From sequence record DRR378314_1708: DNA of 36,730 nucleotides; one strand, given 5' to 3'. Shown here one piece after another: positions 1-8,497 of this stretch. The position numbers and the translations under genes are program-made. Numbering within the stretch: the stretch's first letter is position 1; the number at the start of each line of letters is the position of its first letter. The notes below the pieces were generated by a model. The model was not told the DNA's origin and searched no databases. It saw only the letters and a program-made list of their open reading frames with translations.

Positions 1-94
1 ACGCATGTTCAGCTGATGCCCTCCCGTTGTGCGTGTTTGTGACCGTTGAGGGCAGGTTATGCAGCCAGTGAGTGTTGGTCAAGGCCGCTGCGAC

Positions 95-532
95 CTACGT
101 CGGGCGCACCACATAGACCGAGCATTTGGCATGGCGCACCACACGCGCGGCATTGGGACCCAGCAGATAATCGGACAATTCAGCCTTCTGCGCCCCCACC
201 ACAATCAGTGAGGCACCCGTCGTATTTGCAAGCTTCAAAACCTCTTCATAGGCCCGCCCTGTGGCAACCACATGCCGGACCTTTGCGTTTTGATCGGCAT
301 CCAGTGCTTTGGTGATCAGCGCATGCAGATGCGTTTTGGCCTCTTCCTCAAGTTTCTCATGGTGATCTTTTTCAAAGAAGGAGCCGACCTGACTCATCCC
401 GAAATCCGGCACAACGGCGATCACGTCAAGCTGGGCACCATCCAGTGCCGCCAGTTGTGCCGCGCGGCGGATTACCGGGAGGTCGTCGTCACCATTGCTG
501 ACATCGACAGCGCATAAAACCGAGGTGCTCAT
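95..532 (-). CDS. Universal stress protein (UspA/TeaD-like, TRAP-associated)
   Basis: N-terminal VLCAVDVS and C-terminal LIVVGA...LLGPNAARVVRHAKCSVYVVR USP motifs. Its start overlaps the TRAP permease stop (ATGA). Confidence 0.93.
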   Translation of the reverse strand: MSTSVLCAVDVSNGDDDLPVIRRAAQLAALDGAQLDVIAVVPDFGMSQVGSFFEKDHHEKLEEEAKTHLHALITKALDADQNAKVRHVVATGRAYEEVLKLANTTGASLIVVGAQKAELSDYLLGPNAARVVRHAKCSVYVVRPT

Positions 533-3135
533 GATGGTTCTCCTGTCCGTGACATACGTGCCCGCTGCAAAAACGCAATGATCAGCAAGAGGATCAATGC
601 CGGAATAAACACCAGCTCTTTGGGCATCTGGTTTGAGGGTGCCTTGACCGATGCAATCTGCACAGGATCATCACCATAAAAGTCAAAGCTGGAAAGAGAG
701 TCAGAGAATGGCGACCCAAAGGAAGGTTCATCCATTTTCACCGCACCATCCTCTTCCAGCAACAACAGACCTGAGGCGGTCAGCCGTTCATCCGCTGTCC
801 CGGCACCAACAGGCAGCACCAATGTGGTTCCCTTGGTTTCGCCAGTGTCAAAGTCAGGGCCCGACACGATCAGGCGAATCTCATCCCCTTCCGCGGCATC
901 TCCCAATGCCGTAGAGAAGGCCGCTGGCGCAACCTGTTTGAACGGCGGCTGCAGGCGGTCCATCACAAAATCAGGCCGGAACAGCATGAAGGCAATCAGC
1001 ACCAATGCCACGCTTTCGTAGATCCGGCTTTTGGTCAGGAACCAACCCATTGTGCCCGCAGTGAACACAAGGATCGCAATAGAGGCGATGACAAAGACAA
1101 GGATACCCTGCGCCCATCCAACGTCGATCAACAGAAGATCTGTGTTGAAGATGAACACAAACGGCAAGGCAACGGTGCGCAAGGAGTAGAAGAACGCCAC
1201 AAAGCCGGTCTTGATCGCATCCCCGCCAGACACAGCGGCAGCCGCAAAGCTGGCAAGGCCAACCGGCGGCGTCACATCCGCCATGATACCGAAGTAGAAA
1301 ACAAACAGATGCACCGCAATCAGCGGCACGATCAAACCCGATTGCGCGCCCAGTTCGACGACCACACCGGCCATCAGGGATGACACCACGATATAGTTAG
1401 CCGTGGTCGGCAGGCCCATGCCAAGGATCAGGGACAACAGCCCCACCATCACCAGCATCAGGATCAGATTGCCGCCTGACAGGAATTCAACCAGGTCCGC
1501 CATCACCTGACCCACGCCGGTCAGTGTAACCGTGCCAACGATCACACCGGCAGTTGCCGTTGCTAGGCCGATACCAATCATGTTGCGCGCACCGTCGATC
1601 AACCCTTGGATCAAGTCGCCAAGCCCCTGCATAAAGGCATTTGCCATATCGCTTTCACCGCGAAAGATCGCCTTGAGCGGACGTTGGGTCAGCAGGATCA
1701 CAAACAGCAGCATGGTGGCCCAGAAGGCGGAGAGGCCGGGTGATTTCTGTTCGATCATCAGGAAATAGACCAAGACGATGATCGGCAGCAGGAAGTAGAG
1801 ACCGGATTTGTAGATTTCGCCAACAACCGGCAATTCAACCTCTTCCGCATTGGGATCATCCGGTTCCAGATCCGGCACGCTGGACGCCATGTAAAGCAGC
1901 GCGACATAAGCGGCGAAGATCAGCAGAGACATCACCAGCGCAGAAGCATCCGGCATCGCGGCAACAACCCAGCCGACCGGATATTGCACCCCGTAGCATA
2001 GGGCCGCAAAACCAACAAAGAACGCAGCCATGCCGCCGATGGTCTTGCCCATCGACACAACCCGGTTACCCAGAGTCGGCATGTTGTTCTTCACCGCTTC
2101 AAGGTGAACAATATAAACCAGCGCGATGTAGGAGATCGTCGCAGGCAGGAAGGCATGGGTGATCACCTCCACATAAGAAATGCCGACATATTCAACCATC
2201 AGGAAGGCCGCAGCCCCCATAACTGGTGGCATGATCTGACCGTTCACCGAAGAGGCAACCTCGACCGCACCCGCTTTTTCAGAGGAAAAACCGACCCGCT
2301 TCATCAAGGGAATAGTGAATGTACCGGTGGTCACAACGTTGGCGATGGAAGACCCGGAAATCAGGCCGGTTGCAGCAGAGCCGACAACCGCAGCCTTGGC
2401 TGGCCCCCCTTTGAGGTGCCCCAAGGCGCCAAAGGCCATTTTGATAAAGTAATTCCCCGCACCCGCCTTATCGAGCAGCGCACCAAACAATACGAAGAGG
2501 AATACAAATTTTGTCGAAACGCCCAGCGCAATGCCGAATACCCCTTCAGAGGTGATCCACATATGGCTCATCGCTTTCTTCAGCGAAGCACCTTTCCAGC
2601 GGATGACATCAGGCACCACTTCGGAAGACCCAAAGAACACATAGGCGAGAAAGATCGTGGCGATGATCGCCATGGCGGGACCCAACGCGCGGCGCGCGCC
2701 CTCGAACAGGATAAGAAGCCCGGCCAGCGCGAACCATTTATCCACGTCATCAGCCAGCCCCCCGGCATCAACGATCTTTTGATAGAAAAAGAACCCGTAC
2801 ATGGCGATGAAAGCACCCACCAAACCAAGGAGCCAGTCCGCAATCGGAATATAGGTGCGCGGGCTCGACTTGAACGCGGGATAGGCCATGAAGGCAAGGA
2901 AAACAGCAAAGGCCAGATGGATCTGGCGAGAGTTGTTGATCACGTCCCCGGGCAGAACATAGTTGGCGAGCGGCGAGGCAAGCACCACCTGAAACAACGA
3001 CCAGACAACAGCAACGACCATGAGCAGCGTGCCAACCGCCCCGGCAGGATCGCGCGCACCGGCATCGGAAGAGGCGACAAGATCCTGTAGCTCCTCCTCG
3101 GTCAGCGCACGGTTTTCGGATGTCTTGTTCGTCAT
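529..3135 (-). CDS. TRAP transporter fused permease (4TM/12TM DctQM fusion, TAXI type) with C-terminal extension
   Basis: 868 aa, highly hydrophobic. Motifs GSSIANVVTTGTFTIPLMKR, GQIMPPVMGAAAF, LGMGLPTTANY, ADVTPPVGLA. Confidence 0.95.
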   Translation of the reverse strand: MTNKTSENRALTEEELQDLVASSDAGARDPAGAVGTLLMVVAVVWSLFQVVLASPLANYVLPGDVINNSRQIHLAFAVFLAFMAYPAFKSSPRTYIPIADWLLGLVGAFIAMYGFFFYQKIVDAGGLADDVDKWFALAGLLILFEGARRALGPAMAIIATIFLAYVFFGSSEVVPDVIRWKGASLKKAMSHMWITSEGVFGIALGVSTKFVFLFVLFGALLDKAGAGNYFIKMAFGALGHLKGGPAKAAVVGSAATGLISGSSIANVVTTGTFTIPLMKRVGFSSEKAGAVEVASSVNGQIMPPVMGAAAFLMVEYVGISYVEVITHAFLPATISYIALVYIVHLEAVKNNMPTLGNRVVSMGKTIGGMAAFFVGFAALCYGVQYPVGWVVAAMPDASALVMSLLIFAAYVALLYMASSVPDLEPDDPNAEEVELPVVGEIYKSGLYFLLPIIVLVYFLMIEQKSPGLSAFWATMLLFVILLTQRPLKAIFRGESDMANAFMQGLGDLIQGLIDGARNMIGIGLATATAGVIVGTVTLTGVGQVMADLVEFLSGGNLILMLVMVGLLSLILGMGLPTTANYIVVSSLMAGVVVELGAQSGLIVPLIAVHLFVFYFGIMADVTPPVGLASFAAAAVSGGDAIKTGFVAFFYSLRTVALPFVFIFNTDLLLIDVGWAQGILVFVIASIAILVFTAGTMGWFLTKSRIYESVALVLIAFMLFRPDFVMDRLQPPFKQVAPAAFSTALGDAAEGDEIRLIVSGPDFDTGETKGTTLVLPVGAGTADERLTASGLLLLEEDGAVKMDEPSFGSPFSDSLSSFDFYGDDPVQIASVKAPSNQMPKELVFIPALILLLIIAFLQRARMSRTGEPS

Positions 3136-3193
3136 GTTTCATGTCCCCCTGGAGTTGCAGTTCAAACTGCATTTTGTTTTTGGGTCGTGACGA

Positions 3194-3212
3194 AGGGGCA
3201 GATGCTGCCCCT
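3194..3212 (-). other. Intercistronic stem-loop between solute receptor and permease genes
   Basis: AGGGGCAG-ATG-CTGCCCCT, an 8-bp stem with no clear U-tract. Probably an mRNA-stabilising or attenuating hairpin (inference). Confidence 0.55.
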
Positions 3213-3236
3213 CCGATTGGTATAGCCAAGCCTAGA

Positions 3237-4205
3237 TTAGTCGATAAGGCCAGCTTCTTTGTAATATTTCATCGCACCGGGGTGCAGCGGTGCTGAAAGA
3301 CCAGCCGTTGCCATCTCTTTTGGATCAAGATTGGCGAATGCCGGGTGCAGCTTTTTGAAGTCTTCCATGTTTTCCATCACGGATTTCACAACGGTATAAA
3401 CCGCGTCTTCCGAAACATCAGCCGAGGTAACAAAGGTTGCGCCCACACCGAAGGTCGCGGTTTCATTGTCGTTGCCACGGTACATGCCGCCCGGGATTTT
3501 GGCCGAACGGTAGAACGGGTTGTCAGCGATCAGCTTTTCGACTTCGGCACCGTCAACTGTCACCAGAACAGAATCACAGGCTGTTGTCGCTTCCTGAATG
3601 GAACCGGAAGGGTGGCCAACGGTATAAACCATCGCGTCGATCTGGTTGTCACATAGGGCGGCGGACTGCTCTGCTGCTTTCAGCTCTGTTGCCAAGGCGA
3701 AATCGCCCGTGGTCCAACCTTTGGCTTCCAGCAGAACTTCCATTGTGCCGCGCTGACCGGAACCGGGGTTACCAATGTTCACGCGCTTGCCTTTGAGATC
3801 ATCAAAGGTGGAAATGCCTGCATCCGCACGCGCAACAACCGTGAAGGGTTCAGGGTGTACAGAGAACACCGCGCGCAGGCCTTCGAAGGCGCCAGCCTCT
3901 TCAAATTTGGATGTCCCGTTAAACGCGTGATACTGCCAGTCGGACTGGGCCACACCAAATTCCAGCTCACCTTCGCGGATGGTGTTGATGTTGTAAACCG
4001 AGCCGCCTGTTGATTCGACAGAGCAACGGATACCGTGGTCCTTGCGGCCTTTGTTGACCAGGCGACAGATCGCACCGCCTGTTGGATAGTAAACGCCGGT
4101 CACACCGCCGGTGCCGATTGTAATGAACTCTTCGGCGAAAGCCGCAGGTGCCATCATTGCACCGACAGCCATGGCCGTGAGTGAAAGTTTGAACGATTTG
4201 GACAT
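3237..4205 (-). CDS. TAXI family TRAP transporter solute-binding protein
   Basis: Signal peptide, then [34 protein letters not shown] and C-terminal [12 protein letters not shown]. An AAGGAG RBS lies upstream. Confidence 0.96.
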   Translation of the reverse strand: MSKSFKLSLTAMAVGAMMAPAAFAEEFITIGTGGVTGVYYPTGGAICRLVNKGRKDHGIRCSVESTGGSVYNINTIREGELEFGVAQSDWQYHAFNGTSKFEEAGAFEGLRAVFSVHPEPFTVVARADAGISTFDDLKGKRVNIGNPGSGQRGTMEVLLEAKGWTTGDFALATELKAAEQSAALCDNQIDAMVYTVGHPSGSIQEATTACDSVLVTVDGAEVEKLIADNPFYRSAKIPGGMYRGNDNETATFGVGATFVTSADVSEDAVYTVVKSVMENMEDFKKLHPAFANLDPKEMATAGLSAPLHPGAMKYYKEAGLID

Positions 4206-4232
4206 CAGATACTCCTTGTTTGATGTTTCGTT

Positions 4233-5153
4233 TTATGAACCGGCCCAGACTTCGCTGAGGCGGCGGTTTCTAAGTTCGACTTCGGCGATGCGGTCCATTG
4301 CCGGCGCACCGGCCCGGCCCGCAAGCATCCCGATCAGCACCTCACACAACACAACAGTTGCAGCGTAAGATGAAAAGAAATGCTGGCTTTCCGTCGAAAC
4401 GATAAAATGTGCCGAGGCATGAACCAAGGCAGGACAAGTATGGGTGTCGGTGATGACAATGACAAAGGCACCGGCATCATGTGCTTCACGCGCCGCATTG
4501 ATGGCGTTGCTCGCGAAGGGTGGTTTTGTCATGACAATCATAACGTCCTGATCCGACATCCCCACCAGACCACTTGCCAAAGATGCCCCCATCCGGCTGG
4601 CCATAGACCAGTTGTCGGCGATGAAGCTGGCCATATAGGCCAGATATTCCGCAATCCCGGTAGAGCCAAGCGCGCCAACAACAAGCACCTTGCGCGCGGA
4701 ATGTAGCCGCTCAACACAGGCTTCCAGCATGGGGCGGTCTATCGCGGCTTCGAGGTTCTGCAAGTTCCCGGCACATTCCAACAAATGTTCGGTTAGAAAC
4801 CCCTGATCCCCTCCACCGTGCCGTTGCTGCAATGCCTCAACCCGATGTGAGAAAGTATTGCCACGATGTTCGATAGACAGGCGCAAAACATCGCGCAGAT
4901 CTTCGTAGCTGTCATAGCCAAGTGCCGTCGACATGCGCGAGAAAGTTGCAGGGGATAGATTCGCGTCCTTGGACAGGGCACGAAGGCTTCGGGTTGCAAC
5001 GTCGATCGGATTGGCCACGACAAAATCGGCAGCTTCCTTCAACTTGGCACTCAGCGAGGCATATTTGCCAGAAAGCTGCTGCTCGAACGACAATTGCAAG
5101 TTTAGATACCCCCCCGGAAATCTCTTGTCCGGCGAATGTTTCATTTGTTTCAC
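4233..5153 (-). CDS. MurR/RpiR family transcriptional regulator (HTH + SIS domain); the true start may be somewhat downstream
   Basis: LSAKLKEAADFV...SLRALSKDANLSPATFSRMSTALGYDSY HTH. SIS-like C-terminal half with VIVITD...SP-like motif. Confidence 0.88.
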   Translation of the reverse strand: MKQMKHSPDKRFPGGYLNLQLSFEQQLSGKYASLSAKLKEAADFVVANPIDVATRSLRALSKDANLSPATFSRMSTALGYDSYEDLRDVLRLSIEHRGNTFSHRVEALQQRHGGGDQGFLTEHLLECAGNLQNLEAAIDRPMLEACVERLHSARKVLVVGALGSTGIAEYLAYMASFIADNWSMASRMGASLASGLVGMSDQDVMIVMTKPPFASNAINAAREAHDAGAFVIVITDTHTCPALVHASAHFIVSTESQHFFSSYAATVVLCEVLIGMLAGRAGAPAMDRIAEVELRNRRLSEVWAGS

Positions 5154-5183
5154 ACCTTGTCAACGCCAGAATCATCTGTTTCA
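5137..5183. promoter_or_regulatory. Candidate RpiR operator region (three TGTTTCA copies)
   Basis: TGTTTCA at 5137-5143, 5146-5152 and 5177-5183 in the divergent regulator/aminotransferase gap. Confidence 0.45.
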
Positions 5184-5217
5184 TTGCGCGCAATCAGGGC
5201 ATCAAAGGATTGATCAC

Positions 5218-6537
5218 ATGTCCCACGTCTTTCCACGACACACCAAATCGGCATTGCCCACCATCGCGCGGGGCGAAGGAGTGTATCTCTACGACCGGGA
5301 CGGCAGGCAATATTTCGATGGTTCCGGCGGTGCGGCAGTGTCCTGCCTTGGGCATGGGGATGCGGATGTGATCGCTGCGATCAAACACCAGCTTGACGAA
5401 ATCGCCTACGCGCACACCAGCTTTTTCACTTCAGATCCTGCGGAACAACTGGCCGACAAGCTGATCAGCCACGCACCTGCGGGCATCAACCGCGTCTATT
5501 TCGTGTCTGGCGGATCGGAAGCAATGGAAGCCGCACTGAAGTTAGCCCGACAGTATTTTGTGGAAACCGGCCAACCTCAGCGCCGTCATGTGATTGCCCG
5601 TAAGCAGAGCTATCATGGCAATACATTGGGGGCCTTGGCGACAGGCGGCAACGCATGGCGACGCGCCCCATTTGCACCCTTGATGGTCGAGACCACACAT
5701 ATCTCGGCCTGTTTTGAATATCGTGGAAAGGCCGCCGAAGAGACCACATTGGAATATGGTCTGCGGGTCGCCAACGAATTGGAGACAGAAATCCAGCGTT
5801 TGGGTGAAGACAAGGTTTTTGCCTTTGTTGCGGAACCTGTTGTCGGTGCAACCGCAGGCGCTGTGCCGGCCGTTCAGGGGTATTTTAAACGCATCCGCGA
5901 GATTTGCGATCAATATGGCGTGCTGCTGATCCTTGATGAAGTGATGTGCGGCATGGGCCGCACCGGCACCTTGTTTGCGAGTGAACAGGAAGGGATCACC
6001 CCCGACATCGTCGCCGTGGCCAAGGGGTTGGGCGCGGGATATCAGCCCATCGGCGCAATGCTGTGTTCGGCCAAAATCTATGAGGCGATTGAATCTGGCA
6101 GCGGATTTTTCCAGCATGGTCACACCTATGTCGGCCACCCCACCGCCTGTGCGGCATCTTTGGCGGTATTGACTAAACTAACCGACGGCGGGCTGGTCGA
6201 ACGCTGCGCCGAGATGGGCGGAAAACTGCAGGATGCCTTGCAGCACGCCTTTGGCCAACATCCCAACATCGGTGACATTCGCGGCCGCGGTTTGTTTCGC
6301 GGCATCGAGATTGTCGAGGATCGCGAGACCAAACGCCCCTTTGATCCTGCACGCGCCATCCATAAAGCGTTGAAGAAAGAAACCTTTGCTGCCGGTCTGG
6401 CCTGTTACCCCATGGGCGGGACAGTCGACGGGCAGAACGGGGATCACATCCTGCTGGCACCGCCCTTCATCATGGAAGATCACCATATCGATGAGGTGGT
6501 AACCAAACTGGGCATAGCGATTGACAAAGTGCTATGA
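5218..6537 (+). CDS. Class III PLP-dependent aminotransferase
   Basis: YFDGSGGAAVSCLGHG, SGGSEA, SYHG, ILDEVMCGMGRTG, PLP lysine in VAKGLGAG, HGHTY. ATG at 5218 follows AAAGGA; the ORF track's extension to 4933 overlaps the regulator. Confidence 0.93.
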   Translation: MSHVFPRHTKSALPTIARGEGVYLYDRDGRQYFDGSGGAAVSCLGHGDADVIAAIKHQLDEIAYAHTSFFTSDPAEQLADKLISHAPAGINRVYFVSGGSEAMEAALKLARQYFVETGQPQRRHVIARKQSYHGNTLGALATGGNAWRRAPFAPLMVETTHISACFEYRGKAAEETTLEYGLRVANELETEIQRLGEDKVFAFVAEPVVGATAGAVPAVQGYFKRIREICDQYGVLLILDEVMCGMGRTGTLFASEQEGITPDIVAVAKGLGAGYQPIGAMLCSAKIYEAIESGSGFFQHGHTYVGHPTACAASLAVLTKLTDGGLVERCAEMGGKLQDALQHAFGQHPNIGDIRGRGLFRGIEIVEDRETKRPFDPARAIHKALKKETFAAGLACYPMGGTVDGQNGDHILLAPPFIMEDHHIDEVVTKLGIAIDKVL

Positions 6538-7322
6538 GGACGCTGCCGAAACTAATGGTTGCCCCGAACGGTGCCCGAAAGACCAAGGCGGATCACCCTG
6601 CCCTGCCGATGACATTGGACGAACTCGTGACAACCGCGATTGAGTGTCATGCGGCAGGGGCGGATGGGCTGCATCTGCATCTGCGCGATGAAGATGGCGG
6701 TCACATTCTGGACGCCGGGATGTACCGCGATGCGCTAAATGCCCTACGTCAGGCGGTGCCCGAAATGCTACTTCAAATCACCTCAGAAGCGGTGGGCATC
6801 TATGGACCAGCCGAGCAACGCAGAGTGGTGGAACAGGCAAAACCAGAGGCGGCCTCGGTTTCATTGGCGGAAATGCTGGCGGATGGCGAAAGACAGGAAG
6901 CGGTCGCGTTTTATGACCGCTGCGCAAAGGCAGATATCGCCGTGCAGCATATCCTTTATGGACCGCAGGATTTGGAAACCATGTCGGATCTATTGGACGA
7001 TGGCAGCCTCAACCGCGAAGACCTCCAGCTGATTTTCGTCCTTGGCCGCTACGCGCAAGGACAGCAAAGCAGCCCCGCCGACCTAAACCCATTTGTGACC
7101 TGGATGCAGCAGACCTGCCCAATATCACAATGGGCGGTTTGCGCCTTCGGCGAACAGGAAACCGCCTGTCTGGGGGCCGCACTGGCGCAGGGCGGCAATG
7201 CACGGGTCGGGTTTGAAAACTCATTCTGGAATGCGGATGGCACAATCGCTACCACCAATGCCGAACGGGTGCGCGAAGTAATGGCCCTGCCGCGCGCAAC
7301 CGGAAACTTTGCTGCCAGCTAG
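6534..7322 (+). CDS. Beta-keto acid cleavage enzyme family (BKACE/DUF849, Kce-like)
   Basis: MVAPNGAR...HPALP, metal-binding HLHLRD, RVGFENS. Overlaps the aminotransferase stop (ATGA). Confidence 0.9.
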   Translation: MRTLPKLMVAPNGARKTKADHPALPMTLDELVTTAIECHAAGADGLHLHLRDEDGGHILDAGMYRDALNALRQAVPEMLLQITSEAVGIYGPAEQRRVVEQAKPEAASVSLAEMLADGERQEAVAFYDRCAKADIAVQHILYGPQDLETMSDLLDDGSLNREDLQLIFVLGRYAQGQQSSPADLNPFVTWMQQTCPISQWAVCAFGEQETACLGAALAQGGNARVGFENSFWNADGTIATTNAERVREVMALPRATGNFAAS

Positions 7323-7407
7323 GCTCGGCCCCTCGCATCGCTAACGTGCACGTGCTATCTGGCTGAAAACATCCATTGCCAGCCCCAAAGAAAACGGAAC
7401 CCTCTCA

Positions 7408-7857
7408 ATGACCGCCAATAAACGTATTGTCCTGTCCAGCGATCACGCCGCCATTGAACTGCGCCAGACCATTGCCGCTCATATCACCGCGCTTGGCTGG
7501 GAAGCTGTGGACATTGGGCCGACAACACCGGAAAGTACGCACTACCCGAAACATGGTGCTGCTGCTGCGCAGCAGGTGGCCTCCGGCGATTGCGCCCTTG
7601 GCATTATCCTGTGTGGTACGGGTCAGGGTATCATGATGGCGGCCAACAAGGTTAAGGGCATTCGTTGCGGCGTATGCACCGACACGTTTTCCGCCCGAAT
7701 GATCCGCCAGCACAATGATGCGAACATGCTGTCTATTGGTGTGCGTGTTGTTGGTGAGGGATTGGCGCTGGATATCGTAGACGCCTTTTTGAACGCTTCT
7801 TTCGAAGGGGACCGGCACGCCCTGCGCGTCGACATGATCAAAGACATGGAAACCTGA
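7408..7857 (+). CDS. rpiB: Ribose-5-phosphate isomerase B family
   Basis: SDHAA, YP, LCGTGQG, ANKVKGIR, RQHNDANML, FEGDRH..R motifs. Confidence 0.9.
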   Translation: MTANKRIVLSSDHAAIELRQTIAAHITALGWEAVDIGPTTPESTHYPKHGAAAAQQVASGDCALGIILCGTGQGIMMAANKVKGIRCGVCTDTFSARMIRQHNDANMLSIGVRVVGEGLALDIVDAFLNASFEGDRHALRVDMIKDMET

Positions 7858-8023
7858 CACCCCAATGCGCGGGCCAAGAGGGTGATCCGGAGGCGGAAGC
7901 AATTGAACGTCTGCGATTGCCCGCTCTGTCTGGAACAGCTTGCGCGCATTTGCAGTCTTTCACTTGAAAGCCGTAGACAAAGGAAGCCGACGCGTTAAGC
8001 TCGCGATCTATCTCTATTTGTTG

Positions 8024-8245
8024 CTACAGTGGTTCGCAAAACGGTTCTGCCGCGGTGCTGCTTGGTGTTTCCACCTGTGTAATTACGGCAATTTGCTGTG
8101 CGACAGCGGCAAGACTTTTCTCAATAGTCTTCAACTCGGCATTCGTATCCGAATGGGCAGCTTTTTCAACTTCGGATAAAAAATGCCTTAGCCCGTTAAG
8201 GACATCATGTGTTTCAGCAAGTGCGTCGCGACCGGGTTTATTCAT
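8024..8245 (-). CDS. Small hypothetical helical protein (73 aa), possibly DHp/HisKA-like
   Basis: ATG at 8245 preceded by GGGG-AAAAA. Two predicted amphipathic helices. Fills the gap divergent from the kinase gene. Confidence 0.5.
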   Translation of the reverse strand: MNKPGRDALAETHDVLNGLRHFLSEVEKAAHSDTNAELKTIEKSLAAVAQQIAVITQVETPSSTAAEPFCEPL

Positions 8246-8325
8246 TTTTTCCCCACTAGTATTTACCAGCAATATGGTTGCCATTAGCAACTAACTTTTA
8301 TTGTATCAAGCCGATTCTTGCAAGT

Positions 8326-8339
8326 TGCTAGCGCTAGCA
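8326..8339. promoter_or_regulatory. Perfect 14-bp palindrome resembling a LacI-family operator
   Basis: TGCTAGCGCTAGCA with a central CG, in an AT-rich divergent intergenic region. Confidence 0.45.
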
Positions 8340-8497
8340 TTCCAGCTGAGATTGAATCTTTCTCTGTGTTTTGGCTAACCGCCGGGCTGAAAAAATATTA
8401 GAAAATGCAACCCAGGATCAATTTACCAATCATAATACAACCTTAGAGCTATGTTTTCTTGGGGAGTTAACATAGTATGATATGAGGAAGGTCTTGG

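Noticed and set aside
2104-3090. 328-aa plus-strand ORF antisense to the TRAP permease
   Set aside because: Shadow ORF of a GC-rich, codon-biased gene; unnatural composition and no motifs.
4933-5217. 95-aa N-terminal extension of the aminotransferase in the ORF track
   Set aside because: Overlaps the divergent regulator; the family-typical start with an RBS is at 5218.
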